A DNA stretch of 64,000 bases from Vulcanimicrobiota bacterium (GTDB lineage: Bacteria; Vulcanimicrobiota; Xenobia; Xenobiales; JADMJV01), in assembly GCA_050250895.1 (NCBI GenBank), contig JBFWNU010000009.1, positions 166,488-230,487 of the forward strand, read 5' to 3'. Made by a program: the position numbers and the translations under genes. How positions within the stretch are numbered: position 1 is the stretch's first letter; every line of letters starts with the position of its first letter. The notes under the pieces are model-generated. The model did not search any database, was not told where the DNA came from, and saw only the letters and a program-made list of their open reading frames with translations. Of the stretch, positions 39,882 through 49,291 are shown piece after piece.

Positions 39882-41027
39882 ATGCGGATACATTCACTAA
39901 GACAACCAAGAGTTTTTGCCAAGACCGTCACCACCGAGACCGGTCGCGAGATTCCTTATCACGGGCCTGCCGACGGTCGGTCGCATCCCAACGAGGCCAT
40001 CAAGGCCGTGACGAAACCTGTCGCCAAAGGCCTGGTCAACCTCGTCTATCGGGTCGAGCGCGAGGGCGAGATGCCCGAGGGCGGCGGCCACGTGCTGGCG
40101 GTCACCCATCCCAGCATCTTCGATCCGCCGATGGTGGGAATTCATGCCAAGCACGACACCCGCTTCGTAGCCGACGTGGGGCTCTTCCGTAGCAGCCTGG
40201 GAGCCAAGATTTTAACCGGCTCGGGAGCCTTTCCCGTCAATCGACGCGCCCCCGGGCCCAGCACCATCGGCCACATGGTCGAGGTGGTCGAAACCGGAAA
40301 GGACCTGTGCGTCTTTCCCGAGGGCGGCATGGCCCTCTCGGAGAAGCACGGCAAGCTCGGCCCCATCAAAAAGGGCGCTGCTTTTGCCGCCATCCGAGGC
40401 GGGGCGAAATCGGTCGTTCCGATCTCCATCACCTATCAGGACAACACCCAGGCCCATCCGGGCGAGAAAAGAATCAACACCGCCGTGGCCACCGCCATCG
40501 CGGCCGGCACTGTGCTGGGAGCGACCCTGGGCGGCCCCACCACCCGGGCCATCAGCCTGGGACTGGGGGCGGGCCTGACCGCCGCGTTCGCCACTGGCAA
40601 GACCATCTCCAACAAGATGGTCAACAAGAAGTGGTTCAATCCGTCACCCAAGATCCTGGCCATTCTGGGCGGAAGTCTGGGGGCCGGCATCGCCGGCGGC
40701 ACCGTGGTCGGTCTGACCCAATCGCTGTTGCCGGCTCCGGTTGGCCTGGCCCTCGGCGTCGGCCTGGGGGTCGCGGGAGGACTGGCTGCCAAGGCCATCG
40801 GCGAAAGTTATATCGATCGGCGAGTGGCTAAGATGACCATTGGCGAAGAGATTCCGGTGGCTCCCTATCTCGCCCAGGAAGATTCTCGCCAGGCCGTCAA
40901 CGATCTGAGCGTCGAGATCCATCGGCGCCTCGGTCAACTCAAGGCCGACCAGAGCGGCGTGCCTTACGACGATGAAGCCAACAAGTTCCTCAAGGGATTT
41001 GTGCTCCACGCGGAACTAGGGCACTAG
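39882..41027 (+). CDS. PlsC-family acyltransferase with a long Gly/Ala-rich hydrophobic insertion
   Basis: THPSIFDP (HX4D), GAFPVNR, VFPEGG, VVPISI. Confidence 0.85.
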   Translation: MRIHSLRQPRVFAKTVTTETGREIPYHGPADGRSHPNEAIKAVTKPVAKGLVNLVYRVEREGEMPEGGGHVLAVTHPSIFDPPMVGIHAKHDTRFVADVGLFRSSLGAKILTGSGAFPVNRRAPGPSTIGHMVEVVETGKDLCVFPEGGMALSEKHGKLGPIKKGAAFAAIRGGAKSVVPISITYQDNTQAHPGEKRINTAVATAIAAGTVLGATLGGPTTRAISLGLGAGLTAAFATGKTISNKMVNKKWFNPSPKILAILGGSLGAGIAGGTVVGLTQSLLPAPVGLALGVGLGVAGGLAAKAIGESYIDRRVAKMTIGEEIPVAPYLAQEDSRQAVNDLSVEIHRRLGQLKADQSGVPYDDEANKFLKGFVLHAELGH

Positions 41028-42160
41028 TGCTGAGCCAGGGCGCTAACCACCTGAGCCTGTTCGCCCTCGGTCATGCCGGCAAACAGCGGTAGGGCCAGCG
41101 ACAGGCGATCGGCCAGCGTCGCTCCTGGAAACTGCTCGGGGCGAAGCCCGTATTTTTCGCGGTAGTAGCCCAGCAAAACGGGAGCGTGGGTCCCCTGGCG
41201 GGTCGAGACTCCCTTTGCTTCCAGGCTCTGCATCAGGCGATTTCGCCCAGAGTAAAGCTGGTCTAAGCTAGACAGTAGCGGCTCTTCGGGAGCGTACAGG
41301 GTCACGAAAGACTGCCAACTGTGGCCTTCGCCGGCCTGGGGCAAGCGCAGCCAGGGCAACTCGAGGCGCTCGAGATAGCCCGACGCCACCCGTTTTCGCT
41401 CAGCCAGCAGGTGGTCTGCCTGGCGTAGTTGGGCCAGACCAAGGGCGGCCTGCAAGTCGGTGAGGCGATAGTTGTAGCCCGCCTCGGGGTAGTCGGGCAG
41501 CAAAAAGGGAGCGCTGGCCGGTCCGGCCCCGTGGTTTCTCAGGCTGCGCAGGCGGCCCGCCAGGGCAGCGTCGTCGGTCACGATCATGCCGCCCTCCCCG
41601 GTGGTGATCGACTTGCGCGGGTGAAAACTGAAGCAGCCGGCTCGCCCGAGCGTTCCCGCCGGTTGTCCTTGATAGGTCGAGCCAAAGGCACAGGCCGCGT
41701 CCTCTACCAGCCAGAGGCCGCGCTGACTTGCGAGGACAAGCAGGGACTCGAGTGGGGCGCAAAGACCGAACAGATGGACCGGCAGCAGGCCGACCGTGTG
41801 GGGCGTGATGAGGCTCTCGACCTGAGCCACATCGAGGTTGAACGTGTCCAGATCGATGTCGCAGAAGACGGCTTTGCCCCCCAGGTGCTCGACCACATTG
41901 GCCGTCGAGCACCAGGTGAAGGCCGGCACGATGACCTCGTCACCGGGGCCTACCCCGAGGGCGGCCAGGGTCAGATGCAGGGCGGTGGTGCATGAGGTGA
42001 CGGCCACGCAGTGGGCAGCCTGGCAGAACTGGCCGAATTCTTGCTCGAACCGCTCGACCATCGGACCCTGGGCCACCCAGCCTGAACGCAGGGCCGCCAG
42101 CACCAGCTCCTCTTCCTCGGGGCCGAAGCTACAGCGGGCGATGGGAATCATGTCCGTCAC
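41024..42160 (-). CDS. DegT/DnrJ/EryC1/StrS sugar aminotransferase
   Basis: SCTTALHL, GPGDEVIVP, PVHLFG, VEDAA, FSFHPRKSITTGEGG. Confidence 0.95.
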   Translation of the reverse strand: MTDMIPIARCSFGPEEEELVLAALRSGWVAQGPMVERFEQEFGQFCQAAHCVAVTSCTTALHLTLAALGVGPGDEVIVPAFTWCSTANVVEHLGGKAVFCDIDLDTFNLDVAQVESLITPHTVGLLPVHLFGLCAPLESLLVLASQRGLWLVEDAACAFGSTYQGQPAGTLGRAGCFSFHPRKSITTGEGGMIVTDDAALAGRLRSLRNHGAGPASAPFLLPDYPEAGYNYRLTDLQAALGLAQLRQADHLLAERKRVASGYLERLELPWLRLPQAGEGHSWQSFVTLYAPEEPLLSSLDQLYSGRNRLMQSLEAKGVSTRQGTHAPVLLGYYREKYGLRPEQFPGATLADRLSLALPLFAGMTEGEQAQVVSALAQH

Positions 42161-43074
42161 TTCGAGCGGCTCGAGGCGGGGCCTTCACGAGCCAGATCCA
42201 ACACGATTCCGCGATGGTCCGAAGAAGTGGTGTCCAGAAGTCGCCACGACTGCGGCACCAGCTCTCGTGAACAAAAAACGTGGTCAAGACTCAGCACAGG
42301 AAACCGAGCAGGAAAGGTCTTATCCCAAAGGATTCCTCCGGCCACCCGAGTGTCTTGCAGGCGAGCCGCCAGTGGCACCACGGCGGGCGAGCGGGCGGGG
42401 GCGTTGAAGTCGCCTGCCACCACCACCGGGCCGGGGATCTGCTCGAGCAGACGCATCAGGGTCTCGATAGTGTCGGTCTGCTCGCGGATGGTGCGGTAGG
42501 GGTGGCGCATCCCCCGCAGCCCTCCGGTAGGGCGGTAGAGGTGGACGTTGACGATGGTCAGGCCGTCGTCTTGCTGGGCCACCAGCAATCCGGGGCGGCG
42601 GCAACCGGCGAATAGCCGCTTCAGGGGACGTCGCGAGAGGATTACCAGGTCGCAGCTCTCGGAGACGTCGGTGAACTCGGGACCGCCGGACACCGAGTGA
42701 AAATCGGGGAAGCGGTCCTGGATGGCCTCGTGGTTGGCTGGAAGCCACAGCTCTTGAAGCACCAGGACATCGGGCCGCTGCTCGACCAGTTGGCGGCCGA
42801 CCCCGTCGAGATCGCTCGACCAACTCTCGGCGTTGAGGCTGGCCACGCGAAACGTGGGAGTTAGACGTTGCGGCTTGACCAAAGGGACGACCTCGGCGGC
42901 GATCAATAAACCGAGAGAGAGAGTCCAGAAGAGCCCGCTCAGGGTAAGGACCCAACGGTTGGTGGCCCAGCCGGCCATGCCCAGCCCCACCCAGACCCCC
43001 AGGATAAGTACTCCCGGCAGATAGCAGAAGATGGAAAGCGGCCCCAGAGGAAAGCAAAAACCCAGGGCCACCAC
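42157..43074 (-). CDS. membrane-anchored endonuclease/exonuclease/phosphatase family protein (start uncertain)
   Basis: VASLN, DVLVLQE, NVHL, VAGDFN, LDHVF, SDHRG. Confidence 0.9.
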   Translation of the reverse strand: MVALGFCFPLGPLSIFCYLPGVLILGVWVGLGMAGWATNRWVLTLSGLFWTLSLGLLIAAEVVPLVKPQRLTPTFRVASLNAESWSSDLDGVGRQLVEQRPDVLVLQELWLPANHEAIQDRFPDFHSVSGGPEFTDVSESCDLVILSRRPLKRLFAGCRRPGLLVAQQDDGLTIVNVHLYRPTGGLRGMRHPYRTIREQTDTIETLMRLLEQIPGPVVVAGDFNAPARSPAVVPLAARLQDTRVAGGILWDKTFPARFPVLSLDHVFCSRELVPQSWRLLDTTSSDHRGIVLDLAREGPASSRSK

Positions 43075-43099
43075 CCCCCAGACCAGGGCCAGGACGTGA

Positions 43100-43642
43100 C
43101 TACTCTTCAGGCGCTTCTTCGGTCTCTTCGGCTTCTTCGTCTTCGACCGGAGCCGGCTCGACCGCCCCGTTGAGCCACTTGACGCTCAGCGTCATCGCCT
43201 TGAAGGCCTCGAGATCGCGGCCGAAGTCGGCTCGGGGCGAAAAGGCCCGAATCAGATACAGGTCTTTGCCCCGGGGCAAAAGGGCGCGAAAATAGCCGTT
43301 CTCACGGTCTTGAAAAATCAGTCGACGGCCGCGGGCGCCGTCTACGGTGAGCCCCGCGTCGGAGAGGATCTCGCCCCCCAGGCGAACGATCACATCATAG
43401 CGCAGCGAGTGCCAGGCGCCTTTGAGGGTGCGGCTGTCACCCAGATTCTCGATAGAGAAGAAGCCCTTGGCCGAGCGGTCTTTGGGAAAGACCCAGACCG
43501 CCGGGCCCTTTTCGGCCGGCGGATTGTCGACCACCCAACCGGTGCTGGGCACCACGCTCACTCCCACGGCGTCGGTTGCGACGGGCTCTTGAGCCAGAAC
43601 GGGAAGTGCCAACAGAAGCAGCAGGCAAAGGCGAACGATCAT
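43100..43642 (-). CDS. exported hypothetical protein (PsbP/Mog1-like fold possible)
   Basis: Signal peptide ending VLA-Q; acidic C-terminal tail. Confidence 0.65.
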   Translation of the reverse strand: MIVRLCLLLLLALPVLAQEPVATDAVGVSVVPSTGWVVDNPPAEKGPAVWVFPKDRSAKGFFSIENLGDSRTLKGAWHSLRYDVIVRLGGEILSDAGLTVDGARGRRLIFQDRENGYFRALLPRGKDLYLIRAFSPRADFGRDLEAFKAMTLSVKWLNGAVEPAPVEDEEAEETEEAPEE

Positions 43643-43678
43643 GCTCGGAAGTTTTTCCCGACGGGCGGATCTCCTGCC

Positions 43679-44989
43679 CTACTTCTTGGTCAACAGGGCC
43701 AGCAACTCGAGATGGCGAGTGTTGGGAAAGAAGTCGTAAGCGCGGCACTTCTCGACCCGGTAGCGCTGGCCCAGAGTGGCCAACTCGTCGACCAGGCGGG
43801 CCGGGTTGCACGAGATGTAAAGCAGCCGCTCGGGACCCTCCTGGGCCACCCGCTCGACCAACCTGGGATGGCAGCCCGAGCGGGGCGGGTCCAACACCAA
43901 CAGATCGCAGCCACCCAGGGGCCAGCGGCCGGCGTCGGCGCAGTGAAACTCGGCCTGGCGACCGTTGCGCAAAGCGCTGGCTCGGGCATCGTCGACGGCT
44001 GCCTCGACCGACTCGACACCGGTCAGGCGACCGGCCCCGCGGGTGAGAAAGAGCCCGATCGTGCCAATGCCGCAGAACAGGTCTAGCACACGCGTGTCCG
44101 GCTCGAGCTCAAGCCAGTCGCGGGCCTCGCCCAGCATCGCCTCGTAGGCCGGCGGGTTGGTCTGAAAGAACGACCGCCACGAGAGCTGGAACGAAAGATC
44201 CTCGAGTCGCTCTTCGATATATGGCTGTCCAGCCAGCAGGCGTTCGGAGTCGGGCACTACCGCCCCGGCCACCGAGGTCTGGCGAAGCAGCACCACGCCG
44301 GTGGCGCCCAGGCTCATCAGTTCGCCGGCCAGTTCTTCGAACGACGACTCGTCGGGCTGGGGAGTCACCACGAGGCAGGCCAACCATTGGCCCGTGGCCG
44401 ACGAGCGACGCAAGATCAGATAGCGCAGGTGGCCGGCGTGGCCGCGGGGGTCCCAGCCCCGCAAGCCATGGCGAGCGGCCCAGCTGCGCACCAGCGCCAG
44501 CACCTCGGCGTTCTCGGGCGGTCCGATGTAGCAGCGGGCCACCTCGACCAGCCAGTCGAACTTGCCACGGCGATTGAAGCCAACTTCGAGCCCGCGGCGA
44601 CTCTGCAGCAGGCTGAACTCGACCTTGCTGCGATAAAACCAGGGCGTGGGCGCGGCCACCGGGGGCAAACAGGGCACGTCGGGCAGCATCGAATAGACCT
44701 GAGCCGCTTTGTCGGCCAGTTGACGGGGATAGTCCAAATGCTGATGGGTGCAACCGCCACAGATGCCAAAGTGCGGGCAGCGAGGCTCGACCCGATCGGG
44801 GCTGGGCTCGAGCACCTCGCTAATCCAGGCCTGGCGGCCGCCTTTGCGCTTGCGACCAATCCAACAACGAGCCTGTTCGCCGGGCACTCCCCCGGCCGCC
44901 AGCACCGCGCCGTTCTGGCCCCGAGCCCGGGTTTCTCCGCGGGGGGACCAGTCGTCGAAAGTCACCAGTTGCGAGCGAAGTTTGCTCAC
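43679..44989 (-). CDS. second TrmA/RlmD-family RNA m5U methyltransferase
   Basis: CPHFGICGGC, SFFQTN, DLFCGIG, LDPPRSG, YISCNP, DFFPNTRHLE; GTG at 44989. Confidence 0.92.
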   Translation of the reverse strand: MSKLRSQLVTFDDWSPRGETRARGQNGAVLAAGGVPGEQARCWIGRKRKGGRQAWISEVLEPSPDRVEPRCPHFGICGGCTHQHLDYPRQLADKAAQVYSMLPDVPCLPPVAAPTPWFYRSKVEFSLLQSRRGLEVGFNRRGKFDWLVEVARCYIGPPENAEVLALVRSWAARHGLRGWDPRGHAGHLRYLILRRSSATGQWLACLVVTPQPDESSFEELAGELMSLGATGVVLLRQTSVAGAVVPDSERLLAGQPYIEERLEDLSFQLSWRSFFQTNPPAYEAMLGEARDWLELEPDTRVLDLFCGIGTIGLFLTRGAGRLTGVESVEAAVDDARASALRNGRQAEFHCADAGRWPLGGCDLLVLDPPRSGCHPRLVERVAQEGPERLLYISCNPARLVDELATLGQRYRVEKCRAYDFFPNTRHLELLALLTKK

Positions 44990-47019
44990 TCGCTGGCCGA
45001 CTCGGTCACGCTCACCACCGCATAACGCCGGGCCGAGGCAAAATCGCCTTTGTAGGCCGCCGCTGCTAGCAGGGTCGGCTTGATGGTGACCGCCTTCTCT
45101 TCGGCGTCGAGCGCCTCGAAGAGGCCGCTGAGCAAATCGCCGTTCGGCTGATAGAGCAAGTGCTGGCGCAGCCCTCCCGGCCACACCTGCCAGTGCTCGC
45201 CATCAAAGCGCAACACCGTCAGTTGATGAGTATAGTCGGGCAGTTCAGAGAGGTGGCCCAGGGTGGCGAAAGTGGGCTCGACGGCATGGCGACGAATCCA
45301 GGTGGCGCAATAGAGGTCACCGTCCCAGACCGTCACGTCCTGGCCCGACCCCGCCAGGCCGAGCGAAACGGTGGTGCGCGGCACCATCGTGCGGTCCTCG
45401 AGACCGCCTTCCAGACCGGGGATCTTGCCGATCACCTCGGGTGCTTCATAAGCCAGGCCTTTGGCCGGGTCGATCACCTGCCCGCCCTCGAGGGCGGTCA
45501 GAGCCAGGCGGGGTCGATGCTCGAAATCCCAATAGCCGGCCTGGCTCCAGTAGAAAATCTTGTCGCGATAAGCGACCAGCGAGTGGACCGGCGTTTCTTG
45601 ACTCGACACGCGGTTGAAGCCCTGGGGCACGGCCTTCACGATGCCTCGCTCGTCACCCTCATGAAAGGTATATAGTTCGCCGCTTTCGGTTGCCACCAGC
45701 ACCGACTTGTCACCCTCGGGACCCAACAGGACCTGGGGGGTGACGCTGGGATCGGCCTCGTTGACCCGCAGCATATCGGTCACTACCGACCATTTCTCGT
45801 CGCTGATGTCATAGCAGAGTACGGCCGGAGATTGATAGACGATCGACTCGTAGAGGGGCGTGCCAAACTCCTTCTGCTCGCCGCGCATGTCGACGTGTCC
45901 GTAGAAATAGTGGGTGGCGTGGCTATAGACCTTATCGCCCCGGGCGGCCAGGCCTTTGCCGTCGAGAGAATACCAGTTGAGGTAGATTTTGGGCTCGGTG
46001 ATCTCTTCCCAGGTGATGGTCAGCTCTTCGGGAGACTTGGCGATATCCCAGGCGCTACTCCAGGGCTTGGTGGTCAGGTCGGCCGTGAAATCGTCGTAGC
46101 TGCTCTTCCAGCGCACCGTCTTGAATTCGATGCTTTCGATGACCTTGCGACCGTCCTGAGTCTTGCCGCGCAACTGCAGGTCGAGCTTGTGCCAGGGCTC
46201 TTCGGGAGGCGCCTCCTCGGCGTCCTCAGGAAAGAGCGTGATGCGCGGCAGAGTGCGGGTGCCGTCGCTGTCCTCGACCAGACCGTTCCAGCTGCCCAGC
46301 TGGGGCCCGGGCTCGGGAATGTCGACCCACTGGGTGACGCCGCCATCGAGATTGAGATAAACCAGGTGCTCACCCGGCGGGCAGATCTCGAGGCGGACCT
46401 GAGGCCCGTCGATCGCCTCGCCGCTCTCGTCAAAAAATGGGAGGGTCGACAAAATCGCCGGCGGGCGCTCGGCCGTGTCGGGAGGCCCGAAGGAAAAGAG
46501 CGGACCGCCCGAGGCCGACAGGGGAGCATCCTTGCGAGGAACGGCTCCCAACGAATGCCAGCGAAAATCGGGAGTCAGCATGATCAACTCATCGTTCTTT
46601 GAATAGCTGAAGAAGTGCGGCTGCAGCCCATCATCGCGGGCGCGGGCCATACGGACCTCTTCCACCACGACTTTGCGCACCCGGGTCACCGGCCCGGCCC
46701 GGCCGGTGCCCACCAGCTCGTAGAGATAAGGGCTGCCGTCGGGATCGGCATAGGGGTGCACTTCGAGTTCCCAGCTGCCGGTGCCGATCTCTTCGCTGGC
46801 TCCGGTGAGCTTGGCCTCCCAATCGGGCTCGCTGCGCATTACGGCCAGACCGTAGTTGGTAGCCGCCCGGGCGGCCATCTGGGCCTGCAGCCGATGGTCC
46901 ACCGACAAAGCCAGAGTGATGTCCATACGGTTCTGGGCTACCAGCGCCACCGACAGAAAAAAGAGAAAGACCGACATGAAGATGGCCATTACCAGGATGT
47001 TGCCTCGCTCTTTTCTCAC
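44986..47019 (-). CDS. large protein with PilX/pseudopilin-like N-terminus
   Basis: RKERG-NILVMAIFMSVFLFFLSVAL...QAQMAARA; GTG at 47019 lies 6 nt after TACACT. Confidence 0.7.
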   Translation of the reverse strand: MRKERGNILVMAIFMSVFLFFLSVALVAQNRMDITLALSVDHRLQAQMAARAATNYGLAVMRSEPDWEAKLTGASEEIGTGSWELEVHPYADPDGSPYLYELVGTGRAGPVTRVRKVVVEEVRMARARDDGLQPHFFSYSKNDELIMLTPDFRWHSLGAVPRKDAPLSASGGPLFSFGPPDTAERPPAILSTLPFFDESGEAIDGPQVRLEICPPGEHLVYLNLDGGVTQWVDIPEPGPQLGSWNGLVEDSDGTRTLPRITLFPEDAEEAPPEEPWHKLDLQLRGKTQDGRKVIESIEFKTVRWKSSYDDFTADLTTKPWSSAWDIAKSPEELTITWEEITEPKIYLNWYSLDGKGLAARGDKVYSHATHYFYGHVDMRGEQKEFGTPLYESIVYQSPAVLCYDISDEKWSVVTDMLRVNEADPSVTPQVLLGPEGDKSVLVATESGELYTFHEGDERGIVKAVPQGFNRVSSQETPVHSLVAYRDKIFYWSQAGYWDFEHRPRLALTALEGGQVIDPAKGLAYEAPEVIGKIPGLEGGLEDRTMVPRTTVSLGLAGSGQDVTVWDGDLYCATWIRRHAVEPTFATLGHLSELPDYTHQLTVLRFDGEHWQVWPGGLRQHLLYQPNGDLLSGLFEALDAEEKAVTIKPTLLAAAAYKGDFASARRYAVVSVTESASE

Positions 47020-47070
47020 CTGACGAGTGTAACTCAAGGGATCGCATCACGCAACGCGAACGGGCCCTGC

Positions 47071-48345
47071 ATGCGCCGTGCTGGCGGGATCGTTCTGACC
47101 CGCGAAAAACAGGTCTTTCTGGCCCGCCGGGGAGGGCGAGCCCCTTTTCTGCCGGGCTTTCACGTCTTTCCGGGGGGAGCCATCGAGCCCCAAGACCAGG
47201 GTTCGACCCTGGCCTGCGCCGTGCGAGAACTCTACGAAGAGACGGGCATCCGCCTACCTCCAGGAGAACTTCAACCAGCCGGATTGATGGTAACCCCCGA
47301 CTACTCGCTGTTGCGATTCGAGGCCCAGTTCTATCTGGCCGAATGCCCTACCGGCCAGACTCCCCAAATGCTCACCGAAGAGCTGGTGGAAGGCGATTGG
47401 TACGAGCCGGCAGCGGCCTTGCAGGCCTGGGAAGAAGGCCACCTGCTGCTGGCTCCTCCCACCCTGGCCAGCCTGCGCGCCTTCGCCGCTCACGGATTCG
47501 AAGAGGGGGCCCGCCAACTGCAAGCGCTGGGCCCCAGCAACGGCCTTCCCGGGCTGGCCATTCCTATGGCCCCGGGGTTGGCCTACTTGCCACTGGTTTC
47601 CCCCACCTTGCCGCCGGCTCGCCACACCCTCACCTATGTGGTGGGGGGCGATCGCCTGCTGGTGGTCGACCCCGGCAGCCCCGAGGTCGAGCCCATCGTC
47701 GCCCATCTCAAGAGCCTCGAACCCGCCCGGCCCCTCGAAGTGGTGCTCACCCACCATCACCCCGACCACATCCAGGGCGCAACGCGCCTGGGCTTACCCG
47801 TCGCCGCCCACCCCGAGACGGCCAGGCGGCTTCCCTTCGCAGTGGATCGCCTCATCGAAGAGGGCGAGCGCTGGCAGTTGGGCCGTGGTTGGAACCTCGA
47901 AGCGTTGCACACGCCCGGCCACGCCCCCGGGCACATGGCCCTGTGGCAGCCCGAGCGTCGCTTTCTGCTGGCCGGAGACCTGGTCAGCAGCATCAGCACT
48001 ATCGTCATCGAGCCCGGCGAAGGAGACATGGCCGCCTATTTCGACAGCCTTGAGCGAGTGCGGGCGCTCGAGCCCAGACTGGTGCTACCCGCCCACGGGC
48101 CCCCGTTGGGGCCGGGCTCGGACCCCTTCGGCCACCTGCTGGCCCACCGGCGCAAGCGCGAAGCCAAAGTACTGGCCAGTCTAACTCAGACGCCCCAAAG
48201 CCTCGAGCAAATCTTGAGCGTGGTGTATGACGACAAACCGGGAGTCGAAACGATCGCCCGGCTGGCCCTCGAGAGCCATCTTGAAAAGCTGCTCCGCGAG
48301 GGGCTGGTCGTCGCCATCGACGGCGGCTGGACTATTTCCAGCTGA
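47071..48345 (+). CDS. NUDIX hydrolase::metallo-beta-lactamase-fold fusion
   Basis: FPGGAIE...AVRELYEETG (Nudix box); THHHPDH, HTPGHAPGH, AGD, PAHG; winged-helix-like tail. Confidence 0.9.
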   Translation: MRRAGGIVLTREKQVFLARRGGRAPFLPGFHVFPGGAIEPQDQGSTLACAVRELYEETGIRLPPGELQPAGLMVTPDYSLLRFEAQFYLAECPTGQTPQMLTEELVEGDWYEPAAALQAWEEGHLLLAPPTLASLRAFAAHGFEEGARQLQALGPSNGLPGLAIPMAPGLAYLPLVSPTLPPARHTLTYVVGGDRLLVVDPGSPEVEPIVAHLKSLEPARPLEVVLTHHHPDHIQGATRLGLPVAAHPETARRLPFAVDRLIEEGERWQLGRGWNLEALHTPGHAPGHMALWQPERRFLLAGDLVSSISTIVIEPGEGDMAAYFDSLERVRALEPRLVLPAHGPPLGPGSDPFGHLLAHRRKREAKVLASLTQTPQSLEQILSVVYDDKPGVETIARLALESHLEKLLREGLVVAIDGGWTISS

Positions 48346-49231
48346 CCCGCTTGTCGAGTTCGTCAAAGACCGGCTCGGTGCCCTCGACGGTGATGGGGAA
48401 GCCCAACCCCAACTCGAGGATCGCGTCGAAATTCTTTCGACCGATCTGACCTTCGAGACCGGCCTTTTGCAGCAGAGCATGGGCAGCCTGGACCGGGTTG
48501 GACTTGCGATAGACGTCGTTGAAAGTGATCACATAGATGCGACCGTCGCGGCCCCGCCCCAGTTTGGCCGTCTCGTATTCGATGCGAACCGGCCAGCCCA
48601 CCTGGACCTTCTCGTACAGCTCGCGCACGTTCTCGGGATACATCCGCATGCAGCCGTGGGTCACGCTGTTGCCGATATTGTAGGGGTCGTTGGTGCCGTG
48701 AAAGCCGGTGCGCTCGAGCGAGAGTCCGATCCAGCGGTCGCCCAGAGGGTTGTCGGGTCCCGGACCGACCGGTCCTTTGATCTCGGACCAGGAGGGCGGA
48801 TACCAGATGGGATTCTTCACCTTTTCGATCACGGCATAGCTGCCCCAGCGCGTCCAGAAGCGACCCTTCTGCTCGATCTCGTCCCCGATACTGATGGGAT
48901 AGAACCCGTCGTACTGGCCGTTGCGAAAAAGATAAACCCCGCGTTCAGGCAGGTTGACCACCAGCCCGTTGTGGGGCGGATTCGAGGGCAGCACCCTGGC
49001 AAAGGGCACGATCACCTTGGTGCCGGGCTTGGCCTTCATGGTGGTAATGGGAAAACCGTTGGCGTAGGCCAGGTGATCTACAGCCAGTCGGTTAGAAAAG
49101 GCGATGTCGAAAAGATCCTCGCCCTCTTTCACCACATGACCAATGACCTCGTCGGCCACCGGGCGAATGGTCTGGGCCCAGCCAGAAACGGTGAGCAGCA
49201 ATACTAGGCAAATCGCGGACAAGAGACGCAT
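48332..49231 (-). CDS. L,D-transpeptidase (ErfK/YkuD) with LysM-like domain
   Basis: Signal peptide, HVVKEGEDLFDIA, GPDNPLG, FHGTN...SVTHGCMRM. Confidence 0.93.
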   Translation of the reverse strand: MRLLSAICLVLLLTVSGWAQTIRPVADEVIGHVVKEGEDLFDIAFSNRLAVDHLAYANGFPITTMKAKPGTKVIVPFARVLPSNPPHNGLVVNLPERGVYLFRNGQYDGFYPISIGDEIEQKGRFWTRWGSYAVIEKVKNPIWYPPSWSEIKGPVGPGPDNPLGDRWIGLSLERTGFHGTNDPYNIGNSVTHGCMRMYPENVRELYEKVQVGWPVRIEYETAKLGRGRDGRIYVITFNDVYRKSNPVQAAHALLQKAGLEGQIGRKNFDAILELGLGFPITVEGTEPVFDELDKRVSWK

Positions 49232-49291
49232 TCGGTCTCATTCCCAGCCAGGAAAGAGGACTCCTTCCCCGGTCTGAAGTACAAAAGCGGC

